A stretch of DNA of 64,000 nt from Ignavibacteria bacterium (lineage in GTDB: Bacteria > Bacteroidota > Ignavibacteria > Kapaibacteriales > UBA2268): contig JAOAEE010000008.1 of assembly GCA_026416955.1 (NCBI GenBank), positions 18,195-82,194 of the forward strand, given 5' to 3'. Of the stretch, positions 27,396 through 35,957 are shown in pieces. The position numbers and the translations under genes are program-made. Positions within the stretch are counted from its first letter, which is position 1. Each line of letters begins with the position of its first letter. Below the pieces are notes generated by a model. It had not been told where the DNA came from and did not search any database. It saw only the letters and a list, made by a program, of their open reading frames with translations.

Positions 27396-28530
27396 TTTTA
27401 TTGTAATCAAAGCAATAACGAAAAAAGAGATAAGACAATTAAGAAGAGAAAAAAGAATGCTTTTGATAATTTTCATTTTTCCTTTGTTTCTTCTTGTGAT
27501 TTTTGGTTATGCAATTAATCTTGATGTTAAACATATTCAGCTTGCAGTTTTGGATTTTGATAGAACAAGAGAAACAAGAACTATTATTAACTCATTAATA
27601 TCATCTGAATATTTTGATTTGGTTGGATATATTAATAACTATAAGGAAGCAGATAAGATTTTAAATACAAACAAAGCGCAGTTAGTAATTGTATTCCCCA
27701 AAGGTTTTACAAAGGATTTTTTTAATAAAAATTCAGCAAAGATACAATTTTTCATTGATGGTATAAATGGAAATACTTCAAATATTATTTATAATTATTC
27801 GAAATTGGCAGCAAATTTTTTTACCTTTAAGCGACTACAAGAAATTGCCCATTTATCCTCCAAAAAACCAATTTATACTGTTCAATTGGAGCCTAGGTTT
27901 TGGTACAATCCAGAGTTAAAGTCGAATATTTTTCTTGTTCCGGGCCTAATTGGTATAATCATTATTCTTACCTCCGCAATAACTGTGTCCTTATCAATCG
28001 TTAAGGAGAAAGAGAGGAATACAATTGAGCAAATATTGATTTCTCCAATTTCACCTTTAGAATTTATTGTTGGAAAATCTTTTCCATATATGGCACTTGC
28101 TTTTATTAATTCTATTCTTGTCGTAGTTTTTGGTCATATTATTTTTGGAGTTCCTGTAAAAGGGAACCTATTGTTATTAACTATTGCTTTAATTTTTTAT
28201 ATTTATTCTTCTTCGAGTATAGGAATTTTTGTTTCCATTGTTGCAAACAACCAGCTTGTTGCGTTCCTTATGGTTGTAATAATTTCAGTTCTACCATCAA
28301 TGTTGCTTTCTGGTTTTATTTTTCCAATTGAAAGTATGCCGTTCGTCATTCAATTGATTACCAACCTAACCCCTGCAAAATTCTTTCTTTCAATTATCCG
28401 AGGTTTGTTGTTGAAGGATGTAGGCTTGTCAATTCTTTTACTAGATTACATCTATTTGATTTGTTATGGAACAATTTTTATTGTTTTGTCTTTTGTAGTT
28501 TACAAAAGGGGCTTAAGAATCTCATTATGA
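27388..28530 (+). CDS. ABC-2 type permease (YbhS-like)
   Basis: KEIRQLRRE, WYNPEL, FLVPGLIG, SIVKEKERNTIEQ, LLSGFIFPIESMP. Confidence 0.9.
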   Translation: MIDFIVIKAITKKEIRQLRREKRMLLIIFIFPLFLLVIFGYAINLDVKHIQLAVLDFDRTRETRTIINSLISSEYFDLVGYINNYKEADKILNTNKAQLVIVFPKGFTKDFFNKNSAKIQFFIDGINGNTSNIIYNYSKLAANFFTFKRLQEIAHLSSKKPIYTVQLEPRFWYNPELKSNIFLVPGLIGIIIILTSAITVSLSIVKEKERNTIEQILISPISPLEFIVGKSFPYMALAFINSILVVVFGHIIFGVPVKGNLLLLTIALIFYIYSSSSIGIFVSIVANNQLVAFLMVVIISVLPSMLLSGFIFPIESMPFVIQLITNLTPAKFFLSIIRGLLLKDVGLSILLLDYIYLICYGTIFIVLSFVVYKRGLRISL

Positions 28531-29660
28531 GAAAGGTTATTAGTTTTGTTATTAAAGAACTCATTCAATTTCGTCGCGACAAACGAATGATTGGGGTTGT
28601 GTTAATATCTCCAATTATTCAATTGATTTTACTTGGTTATGCTGCAAATATGGATGTTAAAGTAATCGATGTAACAATTCTAGATTTTGATAATACCTCC
28701 ACGAGTAGAAACTTTGTGCAATCTTTAATTTCGAACCAAAATTTTAGAATAAACCGAAAGGTGGATGATTACCGGGATTTGGAAGAAGATATTAAATCTG
28801 GAAAATCAATTGTTGGAATTGTTTTTCCAAAAAATTTTGAAACCGACTTATATTTAGGAAAGGTTCCAAAAATCCAAGTCTTTTTAGATGGCTCTAACGG
28901 AAACAAAACTTCTATTGTTTTTGGTTATCTTGCTAATGCTACTTCTCATTTTAATAGTAAGATATTATCCTCTTTTTTGAGAAAAGACGTCAAAAGTTTT
29001 GCTTCGAGTGGGAACATTATTACACCAGAAATTCGCGTTTGGTACAACCCTGAGATGGTTACCAGAAAATTCCTTTTGCCCGGAATTGTTGCTTTGTTGT
29101 TGTTGATTATTGCCGTGCCATTGACTTCAATGGCAATTGTTAAAGAGAAAGAGAAAGGGACTATTGAGCAGATATTGATTTCCCCTTTAAAACCTTACGA
29201 AATAATTGCTGGTAAATTAATTCCTTTCTTAATAGTAGGATTGGTCGATTTTACTTTTGTTTTACTGGTTATGCGGTTTTGGTTTCAAATCCAGATACAA
29301 GGAAGTATTTTCTTATTATACTTTACAGCTTTTTTGTTTACCGCATCGAATTTAGGAATTGGGCTTTTAATTTCAACTTTTTCGAAAACACAACAGCAGG
29401 CAATGATTGTTTCGGTATTTGCAGTGATTGTTCCGATGATTTATTTGTCGGGGTTCGTGTTTCCAATAGAAAATATGCCAAAAATTATTCAATTATTAAC
29501 CCATTTTATACCATTGAAATATTTTTTAATAATCCTTCGAGGTATAGTTTTGAAAGGTATTGGTATTGCAGAATTGTATTTCGATATATTAGTTTTGGTT
29601 TGTTTCGGTTTAGCCTTTTTTGTTTTGAGCTCGATGAAATTTAGAAGTATTCTCAGATAA
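28527..29660 (+). CDS. ABC-2 type permease (YbhR-like)
   Basis: KELIQFRRD, VWYNPE, AIVKEKEKGTIEQ, LSGFVFPIENMP. Start revised to ATG 28527. Confidence 0.9.
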   Translation: MRKVISFVIKELIQFRRDKRMIGVVLISPIIQLILLGYAANMDVKVIDVTILDFDNTSTSRNFVQSLISNQNFRINRKVDDYRDLEEDIKSGKSIVGIVFPKNFETDLYLGKVPKIQVFLDGSNGNKTSIVFGYLANATSHFNSKILSSFLRKDVKSFASSGNIITPEIRVWYNPEMVTRKFLLPGIVALLLLIIAVPLTSMAIVKEKEKGTIEQILISPLKPYEIIAGKLIPFLIVGLVDFTFVLLVMRFWFQIQIQGSIFLLYFTAFLFTASNLGIGLLISTFSKTQQQAMIVSVFAVIVPMIYLSGFVFPIENMPKIIQLLTHFIPLKYFLIILRGIVLKGIGIAELYFDILVLVCFGLAFFVLSSMKFRSILR

Positions 29661-29699
29661 GTAAAACTATAAAGAAAGAGGAAATAAAAAAAATTTTAG

Positions 29700-30059
29700 T
29701 GGAGATGGCGGGAATCGAACCCGCGTCCGAAGTGTTTCCGCTGCAGTGCCTACATACTTAGTCGTTCTTTAAATTTCGCTTTTACGCGAACCGAACGACA
29801 GGTTTCGTAAAAGCTATCGGTTGTGTTTGTCGCAAAAGGACCAACCGAAAAATCCTTTTGCCAGCCCATCTACTTGCGACACCCTTTTGGAAACCGATGG
29901 GCAAATTTCCAAAAGGATGGGCTACCGTTATGTATTAGGCAGCCAAAGCATAATTGCTTTCGGCATTTTTTTTCTGCCGTTTGGATTTACGTGCTGCAAC
30001 GGCAAAGCACGGTATGCCACTGTCAGCTTCCAACACCCCGTCGAATCCAATTCATCCCC
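29700..30059 (-). ncRNA. ssrA: tmRNA
   Basis: 5' GGGGATGAATTGGATTCGACGGGG and 3' GACGCGGGTTCGATTCCCGCCATCTCCA with a G3.U acceptor pair. Internal tag frame GCC GAA AGC AAT TAT GCT TTG GCT GCC TAA (AESNYALAA*) at 29964-29935. Confidence 0.97.
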
Positions 30060-30105
30060 TCAAAGAACGCATTTTTAAGATACGAAATAATTTTTATTTT
30101 ATTTT

Positions 30106-30113
30106 TAATTTTG
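30106..30113 (+). promoter_or_regulatory. Putative -7 promoter element (TAATTTTG) for mrdA
   Basis: Exact motif 17 nt upstream of ATG 30131. Confidence 0.5.
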
Positions 30114-30130
30114 TTTTTAAATTTTTGAAT

Positions 30131-31924
30131 ATGGAAGATACTAAGTTAAAATTTAAATTGTTTATTTTTATCTCGATATTGTTTTGTGCAGTTTTTATTG
30201 GAAGACTAGCCTATCTTCAGATTTTAAAGGGAAGTGTTTATAAATTAAAATCCGAGACACAAGCAATTAAGACACAAATAGTATATCCATTTAGAGGAAA
30301 TATTTACGATAGAGACGGAAATCTTTTAGTTTACAATGTTCCATCATTTTCTTTACAAATTTTTACAGAAAATTTTAGGCTCGACAGGGCAAATCTGCTT
30401 GCTAAAATTCTGGGAACAGATAGTTTGGGATTATATAATATTATTTTTCAAAATATTCTTAATTACCGTTATGGAGATGTAAAAATACTTCGAGACCTTG
30501 ATTACGAAACTGTGCAGAAAATTCAAGAGTATTCTTATCTTTTACCTGGGGTCGAAATTATTGTTGAATCAAAAAGAATGTATAATTTAAGTGCTAAGAT
30601 GTCTCATATTATAGGATACATTCAAGAAGTATCGCAAGATGAAATCAAACAAGAGACTTATTACAATTTGGGTGATTTTATCGGAAAGTCTGGAATTGAA
30701 AAATATTATGAAATGGAACTACGGGGCCAAAAAGGGCGGAGATATGTTGGAATTTTAGGAGCAGGGTACAAAACCGAAAAGTTTAACGAGGGTAAATCCG
30801 ATGTTCCAGTAAAAAATGGAGATGATTTAGTACTTTCAATAGATTTAAAACTTCAAGCCAAGGCCGAGGAACTTTTGGAAGGGAAAAGAGGCGCTTGCGT
30901 TGCAATTGACCCAAATAATGGAGAAATTTTAGCACTGGTGAGCAAACCCGATTATGATATAACTTTATTAAGTGGGAAAGATTTTAAAAACAATTATCTT
31001 CAACTAATAAATCAAAAAGACAAACCATTGATAAATAGAGCAATTCAATCTCGTTATCCTCCTGGTTCTACTTGGAAACCATTGATGGCTATCGCTGGTT
31101 TAGAGGAAGGTATAATAACTGAGAATTCGACTTTCTATTGTGGGGGTCAATTAGTTTTTGGGGATAGACCCTTTGGTTGCCACGGTGCTCACGGAAATGT
31201 GAATGTTTATCGAGCTATTCAGGCAAGTTGTAACGTTTTCTTTTATCAACTAGCTTTGAAGTTGCAATTAGAAAGAATATCCAAATGGGCAAAGGAATTT
31301 GGTTTTGGTAAGAGAACTGGAATAGATCTTCCATTTGAAAATGCTGGGGTATTTCCAACTTTGGATTATGTTAATAAGAAATTTGGGAACTTAGAAAAAG
31401 CCCCCAAAGGTTTGCTTCTTAATTACGGAATTGGACAAGGGGAAATCTCTGTTACTCCAATACAAATGGCAGTTTATGTTGCAGCAATTGCAAATGGAGG
31501 TAGATTATTTACCCCACATATCGTTCGTTCAATAAAAAATAGTCTTTTAAACCAAACTACTTTGATGAATGTTGAGAGCCGAAAAATTAACATTAATCCA
31601 AGAACTTTGGAGATCGTTAAAAAAGCTATGTTTGATGTAGTTAACTTGCCCGGTGGAACTGCTTTTGGAATAAGAATTCCCGGGTTGGAAGTTTGCGGTA
31701 AGACTGGGACAGCCCAGGCTTCCCAGCCCGGTCAACGAGACCATTCCTGGTTCGTTTGTTTTGCACCAAAAGAAAATCCTAAAATAGCCTTGGTTGTAAT
31801 AGTAGAAAATGCTGGGTTTGGAGCAGCAGTTGCAGCACCAATTGCAAGAGAGTTGTTAAAGGATTTTTTTGGTATTAAGGAACCATTGGTGAAAGTTGAT
31901 TCACTAAATATTTTGCCAGACTGA
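30131..31924 (+). CDS. mrdA: Penicillin-binding protein 2 (class B PBP)
   Basis: N-terminal TM, RGNIYDRDG, YPPGSTWK (SxxK), SCN, KTGTAQ. Start revised from 29954, which would overlap tmRNA. Confidence 0.95.
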   Translation: MEDTKLKFKLFIFISILFCAVFIGRLAYLQILKGSVYKLKSETQAIKTQIVYPFRGNIYDRDGNLLVYNVPSFSLQIFTENFRLDRANLLAKILGTDSLGLYNIIFQNILNYRYGDVKILRDLDYETVQKIQEYSYLLPGVEIIVESKRMYNLSAKMSHIIGYIQEVSQDEIKQETYYNLGDFIGKSGIEKYYEMELRGQKGRRYVGILGAGYKTEKFNEGKSDVPVKNGDDLVLSIDLKLQAKAEELLEGKRGACVAIDPNNGEILALVSKPDYDITLLSGKDFKNNYLQLINQKDKPLINRAIQSRYPPGSTWKPLMAIAGLEEGIITENSTFYCGGQLVFGDRPFGCHGAHGNVNVYRAIQASCNVFFYQLALKLQLERISKWAKEFGFGKRTGIDLPFENAGVFPTLDYVNKKFGNLEKAPKGLLLNYGIGQGEISVTPIQMAVYVAAIANGGRLFTPHIVRSIKNSLLNQTTLMNVESRKININPRTLEIVKKAMFDVVNLPGGTAFGIRIPGLEVCGKTGTAQASQPGQRDHSWFVCFAPKENPKIALVVIVENAGFGAAVAAPIARELLKDFFGIKEPLVKVDSLNILPD

Positions 31925-31999
31925 AAATTCTTTCCTTTGTAACATTTTTTCCCTTTTTGTTTTATTGCTAATTGAATTATTATCAAATTTAGGGTTGAT

Positions 32000-34261
32000 A
32001 TGAGAAAAATTTTATTATTCTTTTCGCTTTTTCTAGCTTTTATTTTATTTTACTCTTGTAGCGAGAGCACTAATCAAACTCTTGAAGAAAACAACATAAG
32101 TGGTGTTCTTGTCGATGAGCAGGATGTTCCAATTCCATTTGCAACAGTTTATGTAGTGCGTGTTTCCGAAGGTAAAACTAATGTTCTGGTAAAAGAGGAA
32201 GTTGTTGCAGTTGATACTACAGACGAGGATGGTAATTTTAGTTTCAAAAGTTTACCTACACCATTAGGTAATTTAAAAATTAGGGTAGTTCACCAAGATT
32301 TTAAAGTTTTTGAAGATTTTTTGCTTGCCCTTTTAGAGAAACAACCAAAAAATAAGTTAAGATTTAGGATCTTGCATAATAATGATTGCTGCGGAAAAAT
32401 CATCATTCGAACTCTTGGTCCCGATTCCACTACTTTAGGTGGTGTTGAAGTACGATTGAATAGAGGAAGGGATTTAGTTAGAAAAACGAAATCAAATGAT
32501 AATGGAATTGTAGTTTTTGAAAATGTTTGTGCTGGTGGATATTGGGTCCGTATTTCCAAGGAAGGTTATCAAGTAATCGAGCGCGAATTTAACCTTGGTA
32601 ATTGTGATACCTTAACACTTACTTTCGTTCTTAGTAGGCGGGAAGTAGACACTTGTTGCAGAGGGGTTATTGGAGTTGAGGTAAAAAATCAAAATGGCGA
32701 GGTTTTAAATGGCTCCGTGGTTAAATTGAGAAAGAATGGTATTTTATTAACAACGCAAACTGTAAGGGAAAACCAACCTGTTTATTTCCGTGAGTTGTGC
32801 CCTGGTACTTATAGCTTGCTAATTCTGAAGGAAGGATATAAAACTGTTGAGAGGAATGTTTCAATAGAATGTAACGATTCTATCTTTGTTTCTGTTCAAA
32901 TGGAAATTGATACTTGCTGTAATAGTGTTCTGAGAGTAATAATAAAAAATACCGAAGGTCAGCGACTTCCGCAAGCCAAAGTATCAATTTGGAAATCTGG
33001 TGTTAGATTAGGATATTATTATACGAACGATGAGGGTGTTGTTGTTTTCCGTGAACTATGTAAAGGGAAGTATGGTTTTGATGTTGAAAAAGAAGGGTTC
33101 AAACGAATAGAATTTTCGGTTGAGATTGGTTGCGGCGAGGAAAAAGAAATAACAAAAGTTTTGGAAGCAGTGCAACAGGATACTTGTTGCAATGGAAGCA
33201 TAAAAGTTTATGTAAAAAATTCTGAAGAACGACCAATTAATCAAGCAATAGTGGCAATATGGAAAAACGACAAGAAATTGGGTTATTATTCCACAAACGA
33301 TAGTGGGTACGTTATTTTCCGTGAATTATGTGCTGGAAGGTATGTTTTAACAATTAGCAAAGATGGATTCAAAACCCAAGAGTTTGTTGTTGAACTAGGT
33401 TGCAACGAGGTAAAAGAATTTACAAAGATTTTACAAAGAGTTGATAATGATACCTGTTGCAAAGGAGTTGTAATTATCCGTGTTAAAGATAGGAGTAACG
33501 AATCAAATATTAACGAAGCTACTGTAAAGATGTGGAAAAATGGTCAAGTAGTTAAATCTGGAACTACAGCAGAAGGGAAAGTCGTTTTTAGAGAAATTTG
33601 TCCGGGTGAGTATAGTTTTTCAATTTTAAAGGATACATACAAAAGTATTGAATTTTCTTTGAGATTTGAATGTAATGACACAATTGAAATTACCAAGTTT
33701 CTTGAGAAAGAAAATGTCGATACTTGTTGCAAAGGTAGAATAATTGTTTATGTCAAAGACTCATCAAATAACGAGCCATTAGCTAACACAGAAGTAAGAC
33801 TATGGAAGGGCTCCCAAAAGATTTCAGTAAAATACTCTAATGAAAGTGGAAAAGTTGTTTTCGAAAACCTTTGCCCTGGAACATATCAAATTTCGATGTC
33901 ACGCTCGGAATACAAGGGACTTGAATTTAGTTTTGAACTTGATTGCAATCAAACAAGAGAATTCACAAAATATTTATCTAGGAAATCGGATACTTGCTGT
34001 ACAGCAAGGTTGAAGTTGAAAATTATAGATGATTCAACTGGGAGTGCAATTTCTGGTGCAAGGGTTTTAGTTAGATATAACCAAACTGTCGTTGCCGACC
34101 CGCAATCTAATTCAGAAGGTTGGGCTGTTGCACAAAATTTGTGTGCTCCTAGAACATATTCGATTAGGGTTTCTGCCGAAGGCTATGAAGTAAGGGAATT
34201 TACTATTACATTTCAAGAGTGTAATACGATTCAAGAGACTATTCGATTAAGAAGGCGGTAA
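32000..34261 (+). CDS. Cys-rich repeat lipoprotein: one carboxypeptidase-regulatory-like domain plus seven ~90-aa four-cysteine beta-sandwich repeats
   Basis: Lipobox FYSC. Repeats start at NDCC (32381) and DTCC (32648, 32909, 33179, 33449, 33719, 33989), each also containing xLC[PAK]G.Y and [EGD]CN-like Cys positions. Confidence 0.85.
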   Translation: MRKILLFFSLFLAFILFYSCSESTNQTLEENNISGVLVDEQDVPIPFATVYVVRVSEGKTNVLVKEEVVAVDTTDEDGNFSFKSLPTPLGNLKIRVVHQDFKVFEDFLLALLEKQPKNKLRFRILHNNDCCGKIIIRTLGPDSTTLGGVEVRLNRGRDLVRKTKSNDNGIVVFENVCAGGYWVRISKEGYQVIEREFNLGNCDTLTLTFVLSRREVDTCCRGVIGVEVKNQNGEVLNGSVVKLRKNGILLTTQTVRENQPVYFRELCPGTYSLLILKEGYKTVERNVSIECNDSIFVSVQMEIDTCCNSVLRVIIKNTEGQRLPQAKVSIWKSGVRLGYYYTNDEGVVVFRELCKGKYGFDVEKEGFKRIEFSVEIGCGEEKEITKVLEAVQQDTCCNGSIKVYVKNSEERPINQAIVAIWKNDKKLGYYSTNDSGYVIFRELCAGRYVLTISKDGFKTQEFVVELGCNEVKEFTKILQRVDNDTCCKGVVIIRVKDRSNESNINEATVKMWKNGQVVKSGTTAEGKVVFREICPGEYSFSILKDTYKSIEFSLRFECNDTIEITKFLEKENVDTCCKGRIIVYVKDSSNNEPLANTEVRLWKGSQKISVKYSNESGKVVFENLCPGTYQISMSRSEYKGLEFSFELDCNQTREFTKYLSRKSDTCCTARLKLKIIDDSTGSAISGARVLVRYNQTVVADPQSNSEGWAVAQNLCAPRTYSIRVSAEGYEVREFTITFQECNTIQETIRLRRR

Positions 34262-34279
34262 GATAAACTATTATATTCT

Positions 34280-34312
34280 GCAAGGGAGAAAATTTTCTCC
34301 CTTGCTTTTTTT
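34280..34312 (+). terminator. Rho-independent terminator after the Cys-rich lipoprotein
   Basis: GCAAGGGAGAAAATTTTCTCCCTTGC perfect inverted repeat followed by T7. Confidence 0.85.
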
Positions 34313-34339
34313 AATTTAGAACTTCTTTTTTGGTGGAAA

Positions 34340-34864
34340 ATGAGGTTGAAATCTTTTAAAACATTTTTTTTAGTGCTACTTTTCATATTTGTTTCTTGCG
34401 AAGTTTCAGATGTAGATAAAACCGCCAAATTAGTCACTATTAGCGAACTTTTTAGTTTAGCCCCCGGGTTCGAATGGTTCCCTTATGAGTTTAACAAATA
34501 TTTACCCGATTCCACGGTTTCCAAACAAATTGATTCATTGTGGAAATTGAAAAGATATAGATTTATTCTATTTGTGAATCCAAGTTGCAATTGCGAAGGC
34601 ACCCAAGTAGTTTTTCCAATGATTGCAAAATGCTTAAAATCTGGGAATGTTCCAGATTCAGCAATAATTATTTATTCTATGTTGAATACTTCTTATACTC
34701 ACCCTTATGTGGAAAAATTCAAAGTCAGATCTCTTCCTTCGTGTTTCACTGAAATTGATTCTTCCAAATACTTTTCAGTTGTTGATACATTTGATTTGTA
34801 TAAATTGAAGTTCCCTGGCAAGTTTCAAATGGAGCATATCATTTTATTGAGCCTTCAAAAGTAA
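34340..34864 (+). CDS. Putative thioredoxin-like lipoprotein
   Basis: Lipobox FVSC; WF..F..Y.PD segment followed by a beta strand into FVNPSCNCEGTQVVFP and a later VRSLPS cis-Pro-like motif, resembling Bacteroidota thioredoxin-family proteins. Confidence 0.55.
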   Translation: MRLKSFKTFFLVLLFIFVSCEVSDVDKTAKLVTISELFSLAPGFEWFPYEFNKYLPDSTVSKQIDSLWKLKRYRFILFVNPSCNCEGTQVVFPMIAKCLKSGNVPDSAIIIYSMLNTSYTHPYVEKFKVRSLPSCFTEIDSSKYFSVVDTFDLYKLKFPGKFQMEHIILLSLQK

Positions 34865-34875
34865 GTCTTTGTTTA

Positions 34876-35940
34876 TTAATTTTTCTGAAAAAGCAACTCA
34901 TTTGCGTTCATTATTACTTCCTCGGGCTTTATTTCTGTTATGCATCTATGATGTTTTAAAGGGCACTGATTATAACCGTGGATAGAACAAGGACGGCAAT
35001 TTAGCTTCTCTATCTGTACTATTCTATTTCTTTCAGACAAAGGGTAAAAGCCGAATTCGGGAATTGTTGGTCCATAAATAGTTATTGTTGGACAGTTTAC
35101 AAGGGAGGCAAGGTGGGTAGGACTACTATCGTTAGTAATAAGTAGTTCCGAGGATTTTATTATCAATAAAGCCTCTGCAAGATTAACTTTTCCAGCAAGA
35201 TTTAATGCATTGGTTCTATCTTCGATTTTCTTGCAAATTTTGTAGTCGTCAAGACTTCCTATTAGTACCACTTTGAAACCATTGTTTTTGAAATACATTG
35301 AAACCTCTATGAATCCCTCTTCTGTCCATCGTTTTGTTTTCCAAATTGAGCCGGGTGCAATTACAATAAATCTTTTGTTTTTAATTGAAGATAGTATTTT
35401 TTCAACTTTTTCAAATAGTTCTTTTGGGTAAAAAATATCTACTTTTGGTAGGTCGAAGTTTGGATAAAATTCATCGAAAATGCTAAGCAAGTTAAGATTT
35501 CTTTCAACTTCGTGGTATCCAAATAAATATTCAACTTTATTAGTATACAAAAAATTCAATGAAGATGTAGTGTATGAAACGGAGACTTTTGGTCGAGATA
35601 AAAATGTTATTAAACTTGTTCGCAATGAGCGATGGGGAGAAAGTATCAATTCAATTTTGTTTCTTCTTAATTTCCTTATCAAATTAATAAACCCTTTTAT
35701 ACCTTTGTCTCTCTTTCTTTTGTCGTAGACTAAATGGGTATCTATAGCTTTAATAAGTGGAATCAATTCTTGTACTTTCGGTGTTGAAACAAAAGTTATT
35801 TCAGAATTTGGATGGACATTTTTTATCGCTTGTGCAAGAAAAAAAGAAATTACGGTATCCCCGATAAAAGCAGTGTTTATTATTGCAATTTTCTTGTAAT
35901 TTGTAATTTTGAATTTTGTTTTCAATTTATAAACTTTCAA
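34876..35940 (-). CDS. Glycosyltransferase family 9 (LPS heptosyltransferase II-like); start uncertain
   Basis: AFIGDTV, PHRSLRT, HEVERNL, APGSIWKTKRW, TNDSSPTHLA, GPT, CRPCS. Confidence 0.9.
   Translation of the reverse strand: MKVYKLKTKFKITNYKKIAIINTAFIGDTVISFFLAQAIKNVHPNSEITFVSTPKVQELIPLIKAIDTHLVYDKRKRDKGIKGFINLIRKLRRNKIELILSPHRSLRTSLITFLSRPKVSVSYTTSSLNFLYTNKVEYLFGYHEVERNLNLLSIFDEFYPNFDLPKVDIFYPKELFEKVEKILSSIKNKRFIVIAPGSIWKTKRWTEEGFIEVSMYFKNNGFKVVLIGSLDDYKICKKIEDRTNALNLAGKVNLAEALLIIKSSELLITNDSSPTHLASLVNCPTITIYGPTIPEFGFYPLSERNRIVQIEKLNCRPCSIHGYNQCPLKHHRCITEIKPEEVIMNANELLFQKN
35904..35911 (+). promoter_or_regulatory. Putative -7 promoter element (TAATTTTG) for the HD protein-xerD-addB run
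   Basis: Exact motif 46 nt upstream of ATG 35958; overlaps the antisense GT9 start region. Confidence 0.4.
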
Positions 35941-35957
35941 AAAAAGAAAATTATTAA

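Noticed and set aside
24448-30059. ABC exporter operon between tRNA-Arg and tmRNA as a genomic island
   Set aside because: No duplicated tRNA or tmRNA 3' end, no integrase, and host-like composition.
29821-30130. ORFs 29821-30078 and 29823-30128 and the 59-aa N-terminal extension of mrdA
   Set aside because: They are antisense to tmRNA; mrdA has a better start at 30131 with a promoter motif.
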